DNA from: Savitreella phatthalungensis
Lineage: Eukaryota
Direction of reading: 5' to 3'
Assembly: GCA_051599415.1 (NCBI GenBank)
Contig: AP039715.1
Coordinates: 62,001-126,000, forward strand
DNA length: 64,000 nucleotides
This document shows positions 37,669 through 49,427 of the stretch, piece by piece. The notes beneath the pieces are model-generated. The model ran no database searches and had not been told where the DNA came from. It was given only the letters and a program-made list of their open reading frames with translations. Position 1 is the first letter of the stretch. Every line of letters begins with the position of its first letter. Position numbers and translations under genes: made by a program.

Positions 37669-39219
37669 TCAGAGACCACAAGCTCCGTTGTATGCTTGCG
37701 AGTTGTTGTATGAGACTTGAGCTGCATTGTTGTAGCCGAGCTGAATCAGCGTGTTGCCAGTGGCGTTGTAGGTTGGCCAGTTGAAAGGCGGCCTAGAGAG
37801 TCCCTGCTGTGGATCCGCAGCAAAACGTGCCCAGGCAGCACGCATTGTGGACGACAAGGCAGTCTGGTTAGCGAGCGGGGCAGCGGAAGTCGAGATGTTA
37901 TACGTGCCAAAGACCATCGCTAGCTCAGAGGAGTGATACGCTCCAAGGGATGCGTTCGGTGATAGAGAAGGCCAGACGCCAAAGTATCGGTATTGCCAGG
38001 TTGGTACGCCGTAGACCGACCGAGAGATGGCTACGCGAGCAGCAGGGCATGTGAAAGAAAATGTGGTAATCGTATTGGCAGACACTCCAGATCCCCCGTA
38101 GAATGAGAGGGAGGTGCCTTCGTCGTTGTTCGTGCCGGTAATCAAAGGCAAGCGTGAAAAGTCGCCAGCGGCGTTGCGCGCGGCATATTCGGCCTGGGAC
38201 AAGACTGTCACGTTATCGACTGAAGGCAAGAAGTTGCGTGAAGTTCCAATTGTGGATGTCAGGGCCCGGGTGAGGTTAGCAGTCGACACATTCTGCAGGC
38301 ACTGGAACCGTTGCTGCAGTCCTGCCGACGAGCTCGCGTTGTAGCCTGTGCAGCCTGTGCGATTTGCGATCGTCTGCCACGCAGTCTCGCTGGCAACCGG
38401 GTCGATGGCCGTTTGTGCGGCCAGAAGATACTCTGAGCCAGACTCGAGAATGTAACCCTTCACGATTGGGTCGTGTTGCCACGCGTGCTGCCAGATAGCA
38501 ATCGATTCTGCACCGGCGGATTCACCGAACAATATCATGCGTTCGGGATCGCCTCCGAAGGCGCGGATATTGTTGAAGACCCATTCGACAGCCTTGCGCT
38601 GGTCGAGAAGTCCGGGATTGGCCTCCTGAGCGCGTAGTCCACTTGCGGTGGTCGGGAAGCCGAGCATGTTCGTGCGATAGCCATATGTCACCACGACAAC
38701 GTCTTGCGACGATGCAAGAACGCTGCCATTGTAGATACCAAGCGAACCTGAGCCGCCGATAAATCCTCCTCCGTAGGTCCAGATCATGACGGGCAGACCT
38801 GAGGCGTTGACACGATTTGTTTCAGGAGCCCAGATATTGACCGCGAGGCAGTCCTCACCATAAGTGAGATTGCGTCCGCCTGCGGTGGAGAAGTAGCCCT
38901 GACTGTTGGGCGAGAGGTCGATGCAGCTTTCGGCGTAGCGAGAAGCATTGTACACCGTACCGGCTGGGATGACTGGGGCACGCTGAGCGGGCCTGAAGCG
39001 ACGAGTGCCGTTGGTAGGTAGACCGAAGCGGATGCCTAGCCACGATCTGACCCTAGGACCAACCGCAGTAGTTTCGTATTGTCCACGAAAGCTACCAACA
39101 TTGGTGTTCACGACGAGCGAGGAACCGGACGATGTCGAGTTTGTCGTTGCACACGTCTGAGCTGCAACCAGAGTCGTACCCGCTCCGGCGAGGACAGACA
39201 GCAGGCCAATGTTGACCAT
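37669..39219 (-). CDS. Secreted type-B carboxylesterase
   Basis: Signal-like MVNIGLLSVLAGAGTTLVAA, EDCLAVNI, YGGGF, FGESAG, NDEGT, YHSSEL and many N-x-S/T sequons. Confidence 0.92.
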   Translation of the reverse strand: MVNIGLLSVLAGAGTTLVAAQTCATTNSTSSGSSLVVNTNVGSFRGQYETTAVGPRVRSWLGIRFGLPTNGTRRFRPAQRAPVIPAGTVYNASRYAESCIDLSPNSQGYFSTAGGRNLTYGEDCLAVNIWAPETNRVNASGLPVMIWTYGGGFIGGSGSLGIYNGSVLASSQDVVVVTYGYRTNMLGFPTTASGLRAQEANPGLLDQRKAVEWVFNNIRAFGGDPERMILFGESAGAESIAIWQHAWQHDPIVKGYILESGSEYLLAAQTAIDPVASETAWQTIANRTGCTGYNASSSAGLQQRFQCLQNVSTANLTRALTSTIGTSRNFLPSVDNVTVLSQAEYAARNAAGDFSRLPLITGTNNDEGTSLSFYGGSGVSANTITTFSFTCPAARVAISRSVYGVPTWQYRYFGVWPSLSPNASLGAYHSSELAMVFGTYNISTSAAPLANQTALSSTMRAAWARFAADPQQGLSRPPFNWPTYNATGNTLIQLGYNNAAQVSYNNSQAYNGACGL

Positions 39220-39324
39220 GATGTGGCGATCAAGGACTGTGAGTTTGAGTGATGAGAGGCGCAGGTAGATGGAAGGCACGCGATCTTATAATCTATGACA
39301 ATCGATCCTGTTACTAATGCCCTT

Positions 39325-39350
39325 CGCCCTCGCCCTCGCCCTCGCCCTCG
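39325..39350. repeat. (CGCCCT)4+ microsatellite upstream of the esterase
   Basis: Read directly. Confidence 0.85.
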
Positions 39351-40801
39351 AGGCAGATCTATTTGAGAGTACCCATCCTACCGAGCTACAGAAAAGACCT
39401 TGAGTCATGAGAGCTATGGCCGGCGAGCCGAACAATTCAGTGTACTGGTAGACGCGGCGCCAAAATCAGTGGTAGCTTTGCGATAGGTCAAATCCGCTTC
39501 AACTTCGTCACTATGGACAGGGAAGGAAAGCTACTGTAATCTGCCGAAGAATAACTCAGCCAGCAGTATCACGATTCAGAAGGCTCTTTGAACTCAAATC
39601 TATCTGCCGTTGAACCAACCTTGAAACCTCTTGGATCTATCTTCGGCCATTGGCATCATTCAGCGTGGTATTTGCAGCGGGATCAAGAAACGAATGAGAG
39701 GAAATCATTGGAACGTCCGAATGATGAAATAGATTCTCAAGAGAGTGCAAAGCGATCTCGGCTTAGCGAAATCGAAAACACTGTGAGGCCGACATCATTC
39801 TCTCATCCTCCCGCACTCACCAGGGAAATTTAGCTCTGTGTGGATGAGTCTTCTCAACCCAGATTGGCTTGGCTGAATCTCTTTTGCTAATGTTCGGCAA
39901 ATACCTTCGAGCAATTCTGGTACCGAACTGCGGAGAAATGCAAGCCTAGATTAAATCTCAATCTAGATTGTATCAAACACCGGCCAAGCGATATTTTGCT
40001 GGTCGACCTTTTGCAAATTAGGTCCAAGTTTGATCCTTATTAGAACGACTTGAAGGTTGAAGCATAACAATGTTCTTGGCCAATGAGCAAACGAGCTTTA
40101 GACTCCACTCGCTTGGGACTTTAAATTCCTCATTGCGTCGATGTGACGGACAAGACCGAGCAGGATGCTCATCTATCTTTGAAACGGCATCTGCTCAGCA
40201 AGATGGTCTGAATAAGTGATTGAATAGATTTTACCTTTGCGACCACATGCAAGGAATCGTCCAGAACGGAAAGTCTCCATACAGTCCGCCTGTGATCCTT
40301 TGCGTTACAATCATCGCAAGTGAGTCTGTCTCGCGGGTTGTTTTTCAGCCGACAGTACAGACGCATTGCCAGTTCGCCGTTGACCAGGAGTTTTCAGTTT
40401 CTCGTCATTCACTAGACTCAACATTTGACGCTTTGTGCGACCTTCAAGATATGTCTGTAGAGCCAAGAGCGCATGGAGTTCCCACAAGCAGACTTTGCTA
40501 GAGCCCACTGGATTAGCCTTTCGACCTGCTCACTGCTCGTTTGATGGAGTTTCTAGCGAATGTTTGATGGGATAGCGTGACTGCCTTGCTCATGAGCAGT
40601 TCTGAAATTGATCAGATGCACGAGATGACAGCAGATCCGGAATTAACGGCATTTGCAACGACAATATCGAAAGTCCAGATCAGCCCAGACAATGGTTCGT
40701 GGGGCACCGAGATTGTGAAGACCGCTCCTATAGTCAAGAATCCCACAACATAAGCGTTGAGCATCTGCCGAACTGCTTGTCTTTTCACTCGAAAGTCTGT
40801 C

Positions 40802-41518
40802 ATGTCTAAATCAGCTTGTTTCGATGTACTCGGCACATGTTTCGATTTCGAGGGAGCCATTGCTGTCATTAACGAGCGGCTCGGTGAAAAGCTGGCTGCA
40901 CACAAAGTCGACGCAAGGACGCTTTTCTTTTCCTGGTTCTATGCGACGCAGCGAGACTTTACATACTGCTCTATCGCCGGCGCGTATCAACCGATCGCGA
41001 CTATTTTCTCGAAGACCTTTCGGCGAGCATGCGAAGTCGTCGACGTCCCCGGTAAGATCGCCTCGGATGAGGACATTGCAGCAGTCATGTCGGCCATTCG
41101 AGCGCTTCAGCCGAGGCCCGGTCTCAAACAATGCTACGAACAGCTCCGCGCCGCTGGATTTGACGTTTACGCGGTCACGAACGGCGGATTTGAGACGAGC
41201 ATGAACTACTACCGCATGGCTGGTATTGAGCTCGATGACGACCACTTGCTTTCATGCGACACAATTCAGAAAGCGAAGCCTGATCCACTCGTGTACGAGA
41301 CATCGACACGACACATCACAGCGCGCGGATGCAGCGATTCTGAGAAGTGGTTTGTCGCTGCCCATTCGTGGGACCTTATTGCTGCGCGAAAGGCCGGCTA
41401 CAAGACAGCATGGATTGCTTGGGAGGAACATGATCCTGTGATAGATGTTTTCGGCAAATTCGACATTTATGCCAAAGACTTTGACGACCTGCTTGAGCAG
41501 ATAACGAAGTCATCGTAA
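40802..41518 (+). CDS. HAD-superfamily hydrolase, 2-haloacid dehalogenase-like
   Basis: Motif I FDVLGT, VTNG, KAKP and FVAAHSWDLIAARKAG. Confidence 0.88.
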   Translation: MSKSACFDVLGTCFDFEGAIAVINERLGEKLAAHKVDARTLFFSWFYATQRDFTYCSIAGAYQPIATIFSKTFRRACEVVDVPGKIASDEDIAAVMSAIRALQPRPGLKQCYEQLRAAGFDVYAVTNGGFETSMNYYRMAGIELDDDHLLSCDTIQKAKPDPLVYETSTRHITARGCSDSEKWFVAAHSWDLIAARKAGYKTAWIAWEEHDPVIDVFGKFDIYAKDFDDLLEQITKSS

Positions 41519-41688
41519 TATTATCAGGTATTCAGTAATACTTATGTATAATTAGGGGTTTAAACGAGACCGACATGCGGGAGCTACGCGGCCGGCGCGT
41601 TTCTTCCAGTGCCGTTCTCCAGACATTCATTATCAGCCGTTCAGTTTTCAGCGCAGCTCACCAGGAGCACCTCGTCCGAACGTGTCGC

Positions 41689-43323
41689 TCATCTGTAGAA
41701 AAGACTGACGACACCTTGCTGCTGCTCAGCAGCAACCATGTCGCGCAAATGCCTGCGTAAAATCTTGCCAGAGGCGGACTTTGGGATCTCTGGAACGAAG
41801 CGTACACCACCCGTGAGCCGCTTGTAAGCTGCGACTTTGGCGGAGACGTAGTCGATAATCTCGCGCCCGGTTGACGGTGCAACCTTTTCCTCCTGGTCTT
41901 GAGACTGTCTCAGGACGACGAATGCTGTTGGCAGCTCTGTCACCTCGACATCATCCTGTCGGCCAATGACAGCGCAATCGAGCACCTTAGGATGGGTCAA
42001 CAGCAGATTCTCGAGCTCAACGGGCGGCACCTGGAACCCCTTGTACTTGATCAGCTCCTTCGCACGATCGACCACGTGCAACGTCTTGTCAGGGTTGAGG
42101 TAGCCAATATCGCCTGTCCGGAAGAATCCGTCCTTTGTGAAAGCATTCTCATTGGCGGCCTCATTGTTGAGGTAGCCCTGCATGACATTCGGTCCACGGA
42201 CTTGGATTTCGCCAGTCTCGCCGAGTCCAAGACCTTCGCCATCGCCAATGCGTAGCTCCATGTTTGGCAGCAGTCGGCCGACCGCTCCTTCGTACTTGTG
42301 GCGATCGAATCGTGCATATGCAATGACCGGGGAGGTCTCCGTGAGTCCGTATCCCTGAGAAATTTCGAGATCGAAACGGTTGCAGAGCTCGAGTGCCATG
42401 TCCGGTGAGAGCGGCGCAGCACCAGAGCACACGAATTTGAGTGACGAAAGGTCGTAGTTTGCCACGACAGGCTGCCTAAGCAGCGCAGCGACGATCGGAG
42501 GCACTATAATAGTCGCCGTCGCGCGGTGATCCTGGATCAGAGACAGGAATCGTGTCAAGTCGAACTTTGGTAGAATGTAGCTCGCAATACCTTTGCGGAT
42601 CGGGTTGAGCACGAGCACATGGAGTGCGTAAATATGGCTGAATGGGAGGACTGCGACGAGTGAATCCTTGCGACCAGTCAAATATGTCTCTTCTGCGTCC
42701 CATTGAAGCAAATTGGCCACGAGATTGCCATGTGTGAGCTTGACGCCCTTCGGCAATCCTGTCGTTCCAGAGGAATAGCAAAGGAAAGCCAGGTCATCAT
42801 ATGTCGCCGGAGATTCAGTCACACGGGCTTCCCCGATGAATGTCTCATAGCTCCGAATGTGACTACCAATGTCCTCCGAAAGTAGAATTGAGCTCTCTGC
42901 GAGCCCGACTTCCGCGCAACCAGCCTGGACCACTGGCAGCAATGCTGGAACTGTGAAGATTGCCTTTGCTCCAGAGTTTCGCAGCTGGTGAGCGAGCTCA
43001 CCTTCGCGGTAAGCGGGCGAAACAAGCGTCGCGACCACACCGAGGTAGTGTGCTGCTAGAATAGCGAGCGGAAACTCGATCGAGTTGGGTGAGAAAATGG
43101 CTAGGACGTCGCCATGCTTGAGACCGAGCTGATCGCGCAAGCCGGCGGCAAAGCGCTGAGCGCGGTCCCTCAGCTGAGCTCCGGTCAAGAAACGTCCAGT
43201 CTGAGTGCCATCGATCAGGAGAGGGCGCTCGAGGTCGTCGCTCACGGTCTGTTCGATTACAAACTGAACTAGATTGACCTTCGGAACATCGATCTGCGGG
43301 AGATCCGAGTAAAAGGTTGGCAT
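41689..43323 (-). CDS. AMP-dependent acyl-CoA ligase, 4-coumarate-CoA ligase/luciferase-like
   Basis: YSSGTTGLPKG, QGYGLTET, GEIQVRG, RTGD and PKSASGKILRR. First ATG at 43323. Confidence 0.92.
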   Translation of the reverse strand: MPTFYSDLPQIDVPKVNLVQFVIEQTVSDDLERPLLIDGTQTGRFLTGAQLRDRAQRFAAGLRDQLGLKHGDVLAIFSPNSIEFPLAILAAHYLGVVATLVSPAYREGELAHQLRNSGAKAIFTVPALLPVVQAGCAEVGLAESSILLSEDIGSHIRSYETFIGEARVTESPATYDDLAFLCYSSGTTGLPKGVKLTHGNLVANLLQWDAEETYLTGRKDSLVAVLPFSHIYALHVLVLNPIRKGIASYILPKFDLTRFLSLIQDHRATATIIVPPIVAALLRQPVVANYDLSSLKFVCSGAAPLSPDMALELCNRFDLEISQGYGLTETSPVIAYARFDRHKYEGAVGRLLPNMELRIGDGEGLGLGETGEIQVRGPNVMQGYLNNEAANENAFTKDGFFRTGDIGYLNPDKTLHVVDRAKELIKYKGFQVPPVELENLLLTHPKVLDCAVIGRQDDVEVTELPTAFVVLRQSQDQEEKVAPSTGREIIDYVSAKVAAYKRLTGGVRFVPEIPKSASGKILRRHLRDMVAAEQQQGVVSLFYR

Positions 43324-46300
43324 GACTGCTTGTCTGTTAAGGGTAAGGTGTAAACGCACAAGAGGAGAGCGAATCGTTGACTTATATGGGGCCCAGGGAG
43401 GTCGTCAACGGGTTTGAGACACTACCGATGATTGCGTAGTGTCTCAGGATGCGTATGGGATCTCGATGGCGGGTGGGGATAGCAAGCGGGCTCAGAAGCG
43501 TCATGCTTGAGCACACAAAGGTGCTCAAATGGAGCTCCATCTGTTATGTCATACTGGCACCGTCACTTCTTTGCTTGCCTTACTTTCCTTTTCCTGGGCC
43601 TATCTTTCCCTTCGATCCCCGCCGCGGGATCATCGTCAAAGAGGAAGCCAGTAAGTGAGCACGACAGGTAGTGACGCTACTGAAACGGCTTGAGAACCGC
43701 TGTCCGCTTCTCCTGTATCCTTTATTCTTGATAGTGCTCTGAAAGGTCAAATGTCCGGGAACGGCTGCATCGCTTGTTAGAGAGCTCCTACCGGATTAGA
43801 GAATAGGGTGACGGCTGGCAATCCAATGTGTCGATCTGACCGATGCACAAAAACAGATCCTGCCGTTCCTATTCCGTCTACCAGGCAGTCCAGACCCTTT
43901 GTACGCATGGACGCCTCGTCCTCAATCTAGCCAGCGGTCTATCGGGAAGAGTCAATCTCAGCTAGTTCAAATGGCGCTGGCTCAATGCAGATTGACATGA
44001 TCAAACTGGACAGAGTCGCGCGAATGAAAGGAACCGTTTGGGATCGTTCCAAAGAAAATACCCGAGTCGTTCTTTTGGTCCAATTTTTCAGGATTGTTTG
44101 ACACTGACTAGATTGATCGGATATAAGGCTTGCAGGACGCATTGCCCAGAATGTGCGCGGAAGGTCGATCCTTTTTTCTCTGTGACTGTACGTAGATTAC
44201 ACTAATTCTTGAGCGGCCCTGTTCTTCCGAGATCCGTCGAATGATATGAGATTCTTCATCTGCGTCCATTGAATTTGATTGAGCCGGATTTGATGAGCTT
44301 TGCTGCATGGTGAAGCGCTGAGACATGAAGTCTGTGCAGGATGTCGAACAGTCATTCTCCAGAGCGAGTCATCGGCGGATGATAGCGTGTAAACATTGAA
44401 GACGAAGGTTCCTACGAGCACCAAAATCCAGGCGAATCTGCATGCCAGTTGAGTTAGCGTCATAGAGTAGGGTGTTTCAGCGGTGGTCTTGTTGCACACT
44501 TGACACGGCTGCCGTTGCAGTAAGTCTCTTCAGAGCCGTCATTGACTTCAGCATTTACGACACGCGAGCAAATTTCGCTTGTAGACGCATCACATCGGCG
44601 TGCTGATGGCGAACGAAGCTAGAGATCTATCTACCCTCAGCGACATATTGATTCGAATTACATTTAGAAAACTAGCGCTTCACCATCAGTGATTTGACCC
44701 TCTTTCCATCGCTAAGGCCTCCTCTCACAGACGTGCTTTCCATTCTCCTCCGACGCATTCGGATGTTTGCTAGTACAAGAGGGATTGCGGGTCACAGACC
44801 AGCGCATTACCTAACATTACAATATACAATACGGTGAGTCGGCAAAAGGTCAATGTTGGCGATTTTTTCAGAATCGAATTTGGTGCGTTGGTGCTGATAC
44901 GGCGACGTTGCTCACAGGTGACGAGCTGGCTTGCCTTAAGTGTTGTCGCCAAATCATATAGCTACTAGTAGCTGACAGTCTGCAAACACTTGACGATGGC
45001 AGCAAATCTAGGCCATCTCAGTGATCACTTGGAACTCGTCCTATTTCGATCTGCATTTCCATATTTCACTTCATTTTGCAAACATGCATATCGTGGAATT
45101 GCGATTATTCTCATCGCCTGAATTACATTACATCTTTGAAAAATGGTGCATGAGGCAGAGATCTCTGATCGATCCTGGGGAGACAGGACGACGCACGCCG
45201 ATCTCTGGCAGAATTTCTAAAGGGAGCTAAGTGAAATCACGATTTCAGTCTGGCTATTGCACAATACTCCTGCGTTCATTCGTACAGGGACATCATGAAA
45301 GTTCAGCAATACTTTGCGTGAAATGACCACGTGCTCAAGTACTTACCTTGTGTTAAAACGTAAGAGGGGATTTAAGATGGAGAGACCGAGGTCCAACGAA
45401 TTCATGTACGACCACAAATGATCCAGGCGCAACAGTCTCTCGATCGATCCCAACGTACGTGTTACTCGCCTCATCGAACCAATCAGTCAAGCGCGGCAGG
45501 GCAGACGCATTGCCAAAGCAACTTTGAAAAGGTCGGCCAATAGATTACTGTTTATAGCAAGCTAGTGCGTTTGTCCTCATGTGCCGCCGCGGAATGAGCG
45601 GGGAGAATGGGTAGCGAACAGTTCAATTTCATTCGAGCAATCTGGTTCAAACACAATGAACTGGTGGCTTTCGGTAGATCTCAACTTCTGCAGCAGTACT
45701 GGTGAAAGGCCTTTAAGAAATCTCCCGAGTGCAGTGAGTCTCCAGTTGCTCAAGAGACTTGTGGCTTATGAGTTCGGAACCTTGGAAGGCAGTGACCTAC
45801 GACCTAACTGTATAGGGTTTGCACGCCAGGCCCTTTCAGTCGATTACTTGGGCAGGGTTGAAATCTGTGCAGACGATTCCGTGAAAGCTTGCTTCAACTC
45901 ATGTCAAGTCAAGATGAGTGAAATAAATTTCAACTCTAACTTGACTGGAGTGGAATACAACTCCACAATGACGCGGCTTCGTTCTTCGGACTCTGGCTTT
46001 GGCTTAGGCTCTGACTTTGGTTGGCTTTACCGCGGCGCTAGTGCCGAGTGAGCTATCAGCCATAGAGGTACGCTTCACCCTCGAATCCATATACGAGCAT
46101 GTTCATACAGCGCCTGTAATTTACGGTCAGGCAGAATAAGTGCCTCTGTGGAACAACGGGTTCGCTTACTAGGCTGGCAAACGCGACAGGCTAAGACTTT
46201 GCCACTATTTCAAGAGCTTGGACTTGCAGTGTTGCAACGTTCCACTCTTCGGGAAACCTTTGAATAGACTACACATCACGACACACGCAACAAGTCACCT

Positions 46301-46351
46301 TGACGCGTTCGACTAAAGCACAAAATTCGAAAAGCTAACACGCGTCATGAC

Positions 46352-49348
46352 ATGCAACCTCAGTTCGTCGCCAATGCGGCAGCTTCTCTTGCAAACCTCT
46401 TCGTCGGCACGACAGGACCAGGCCATGTCTTTGCCGGTGCAAATATTCCATTTGGTCTCGCCAAGCCTGTAGCCGACACGAACAATCGCACGAGCAATCT
46501 AGGTGGTTTCACCACTGACGATTCTCTCATCACGGGCTTCTCTCATACGCACGACTCCGGCACAGGAGGATCGCGTAGTCTCGGCAACTTCCCTTTCTTC
46601 GCAGGCATCTGCGATGCAGCTGAAGGATCGCGGGGCAGTTTCGAAGGATGTACATACGGCTATTTAGATCGGCCTGTCGCCAGAACGAGTGTCAATGCGA
46701 CGCCAGGCCATTTCAATATCGCTTTGGCCAACGGGATCATCGTTGACATGACAGCCACGCGGCGAGTGGCATCTTACGAGCTCTCACTCCCTGTCGCACC
46801 CGGACACCAGCCCTATATGGTCTTTGAGCTCCGCGATCTCAATGTTGACGAAATTCCAGGCAGCATAGAGGTCGACACCTCGAGCGAGCGGTCCACTCGC
46901 GTCACCGGTCAAGGCACTTTTGGCCCTTCCTTCGGTCATGGCGATTACAAGTCATACTTCTGCGCAAAGCTAGATGCACCAGCTCAGGCTGTGCGCATTT
47001 TTGAGCGTGATCAAATTCGCGAGGCATTCCGGGTCGAGTGCCCGGCCAAGCGCGAGCGAATGGACTCGGGCTCGATGCCTATGGGCTATGGCGTCATCCT
47101 CAAGTTTAATCAAGACTTGCTGCGTGTGCGCGTTCGTGTCGGCATGTCCTTCGTTTCTGTCGATCAGGCCTGCGCGACGATCACTGAAGAGGCACCAGAC
47201 AGCATTACGCATCGTGAATTGCGGATCGAAGCATCATCGAAATGGCAAAAGGCGCTTTCCGCCGTTGATGTCGACGTCACGGATGCAGACCCTGATGCCG
47301 CGAGCCTACTGTACACGTCAATATACCGCTCGATGATTTCGCCACAAAATTACACAGGAGAGAACCCGCTCTGGTCCTCATCAGCGCCGTACTATGACTC
47401 GTACTACTGCATCTGGGACTCTGTTCACACGACTGACCCGCTTCTAAACATTATCAATCCACGCGCGCATGTGGAGATGATGCAATCCATGCTTGATATC
47501 TACGAGCACGAGGGGTTTCTCCCAGACTGCCGCATGAGTTTGTGCAAAGGATTTACTCAGGGAGGGAGCAACGCAGACACAGTACTGGGGGACGCTTACA
47601 TGAAAGGCATCCGCGGCGTCGATTGGTCACTCGCTCTGCAAGCAGTGCGGAAAGACGGGGAAGTCAATCCACCGGACTTCACTGTCGAAGGACGTGGCAA
47701 TATAGACGGCTACTTATCGCTTGGCTATGTGGCCTTGGACGATCGTGGCAAGAACCGCGGCACATATACGCGGTCGGTCTCGCGCACACTGGAGTACGCG
47801 GCCAATGATTTCAGCATCGCCCTGATGGCAAGTTCCCTCGGTTCAGATCAAGAGGTTCTTGGTCGATACGTCCGAACCAGCGGTTCATGGAAGAATGTCT
47901 GGGACCCGAATCTGCAGCATGATGGATTTCGAGGATTCGTGATGCCACGCAACAAGCGGGGAGATTTCCAGGCAATCGATCCAACTCGCTGTTCGCCCGC
48001 CAATCCCGCGGGTGGATGCTTTCTTGGCGATGGCGGCGGCGAATTTTACGAAACCTCTCCATGGAGTTACTCCTTCACAGCCGCGCCGCACGACATGGAG
48101 TCATTGATACAGCTCATGGGTGGCCCAGAAACATTCATCAAACGACTTGACCACATGTTCGACAATAACTATCACGACATCGGGAATGAACCAGGCTTTC
48201 CAGCCATCTTTGCATATCATTACGCCGGTGCACCCCACCGGTCGACACTACGTGTCCGCGCTCTCTTAGCTGAGTACTATGGCTTACGCTCGGACGACTT
48301 GCCCGGCAATGATGACTCCGGTGCGCAAGGCTCGCTCGTTGCATGGTCGTCGATGGGTATGTTCCCTATGGCCGGACAGGACGTCTACCTTCTTGTGACC
48401 CCGCATTTTCGCGAAGTCCGTTTTCGTCAAGGTGACGGTGACGATCCATCGAAGCCACCTGCGGTGATTCGATGCCATGGCTTTTCTCGGAGGAACGCAT
48501 ATATACAGCGTGCTTCGCTGAACGGGCGACCGTACCACAAAAGCTGGATTCAACATTCCTTCTTCTTGACTGGATCCGTGCTGGAACTTTGGCTTGGTCC
48601 CGTTCCATCTGAGACCTGGGGCCGCGTCATTCCAAATGAGCCTGTGCAGGGTCCAGCGGCGATTGAAGACCTCCCTGCAGCAGATCCCACGAAATATCGC
48701 GACGCGCCCGGAACGCTACCGAAGAAGCCAATGGGTCGAACGTATCGTAAGCCAGGCGGCTTCGTCAAGCGCGCGGAGACTGGAAACGAGTCTGATGAGG
48801 AGGCGTCATACGATGTTCGCGTCGTTCCACCTTCAGCAGGCGCCGGCGTGGCAGCTGGCTTCCTAGCTTACCACGTTGCGACCCACGACCCCGCAGATGC
48901 CGCCATGTACGAGCTCGCATCGTCGGCTGCTGTCGCATCGTTGCGCGAGAGGCCGACGGCTTACGACACCTGGGATATCGACTTATCTAGTGCCAAGAAT
49001 TGGGCGACGACACGGTTCTACTCGACCAACGCGGCTGATCTCGGCCGCCCGAACGGTGTACTAGCCAAGTTGCTCTTCATTTGCATTGCGGTCCTGCTTC
49101 TTATTACCACAATGCCTGAGAGTTGGGCACATCGTCTTGCTGGGCGCTCTCGAACCGGCGAATCGCTCTGGCTTTTGCGGCATTGGCTGCGACGAAGACT
49201 CCGTCTTGATCGGAAGCGGCCATCAAGCTCGTCGTCACAAGGGGATGAGTCGCTATTACCCCTGACGAACGTGCGTGTGTCAGCCACACAGGATCATGAT
49301 CTCGAAGAAGGCTCCCTTGGGGTAAGCAAAAAGACAGCCATCGATTAG
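46352..49348 (+). CDS. Glycoside hydrolase family 92 (alpha-1,2-mannosidase-like) with a C-terminal transmembrane extension; 5' end uncertain
   Basis: GHVFAGANIPFG, GFSHTHDSGTGG, TQGGSNAD, SRTLEYA, IGNEP and LPGNDDSGA. Hydrophobic LLFICIAVLLLIT near the C-terminus. Confidence 0.92.
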   Translation: MQPQFVANAAASLANLFVGTTGPGHVFAGANIPFGLAKPVADTNNRTSNLGGFTTDDSLITGFSHTHDSGTGGSRSLGNFPFFAGICDAAEGSRGSFEGCTYGYLDRPVARTSVNATPGHFNIALANGIIVDMTATRRVASYELSLPVAPGHQPYMVFELRDLNVDEIPGSIEVDTSSERSTRVTGQGTFGPSFGHGDYKSYFCAKLDAPAQAVRIFERDQIREAFRVECPAKRERMDSGSMPMGYGVILKFNQDLLRVRVRVGMSFVSVDQACATITEEAPDSITHRELRIEASSKWQKALSAVDVDVTDADPDAASLLYTSIYRSMISPQNYTGENPLWSSSAPYYDSYYCIWDSVHTTDPLLNIINPRAHVEMMQSMLDIYEHEGFLPDCRMSLCKGFTQGGSNADTVLGDAYMKGIRGVDWSLALQAVRKDGEVNPPDFTVEGRGNIDGYLSLGYVALDDRGKNRGTYTRSVSRTLEYAANDFSIALMASSLGSDQEVLGRYVRTSGSWKNVWDPNLQHDGFRGFVMPRNKRGDFQAIDPTRCSPANPAGGCFLGDGGGEFYETSPWSYSFTAAPHDMESLIQLMGGPETFIKRLDHMFDNNYHDIGNEPGFPAIFAYHYAGAPHRSTLRVRALLAEYYGLRSDDLPGNDDSGAQGSLVAWSSMGMFPMAGQDVYLLVTPHFREVRFRQGDGDDPSKPPAVIRCHGFSRRNAYIQRASLNGRPYHKSWIQHSFFLTGSVLELWLGPVPSETWGRVIPNEPVQGPAAIEDLPAADPTKYRDAPGTLPKKPMGRTYRKPGGFVKRAETGNESDEEASYDVRVVPPSAGAGVAAGFLAYHVATHDPADAAMYELASSAAVASLRERPTAYDTWDIDLSSAKNWATTRFYSTNAADLGRPNGVLAKLLFICIAVLLLITTMPESWAHRLAGRSRTGESLWLLRHWLRRRLRLDRKRPSSSSSQGDESLLPLTNVRVSATQDHDLEEGSLGVSKKTAID

Positions 49349-49427
49349 AGTAGCATTCAGCATCAAGAATTAAATCAGTAGGTCGGATTTCGATTGTGTC
49401 GTCGTTCAGATCAGCAGCGTAGACTGC

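Noticed and set aside
39823..39890. tRNA-like start GGGAAATTTAGCTC...GG...GAGT
   Set aside because: There is no TTCRA T-loop, no anticodon stem and no acceptor-stem pairing.
44960..44973. 14-bp palindrome AGCTACTAGTAGCT
   Set aside because: A few palindromes of this length are expected by chance in about 38 kb.
45581..46051. 156-aa ORF upstream of GH92
   Set aside because: It has a GTG start and no recognisable motifs, so it is unsupported as a gene.
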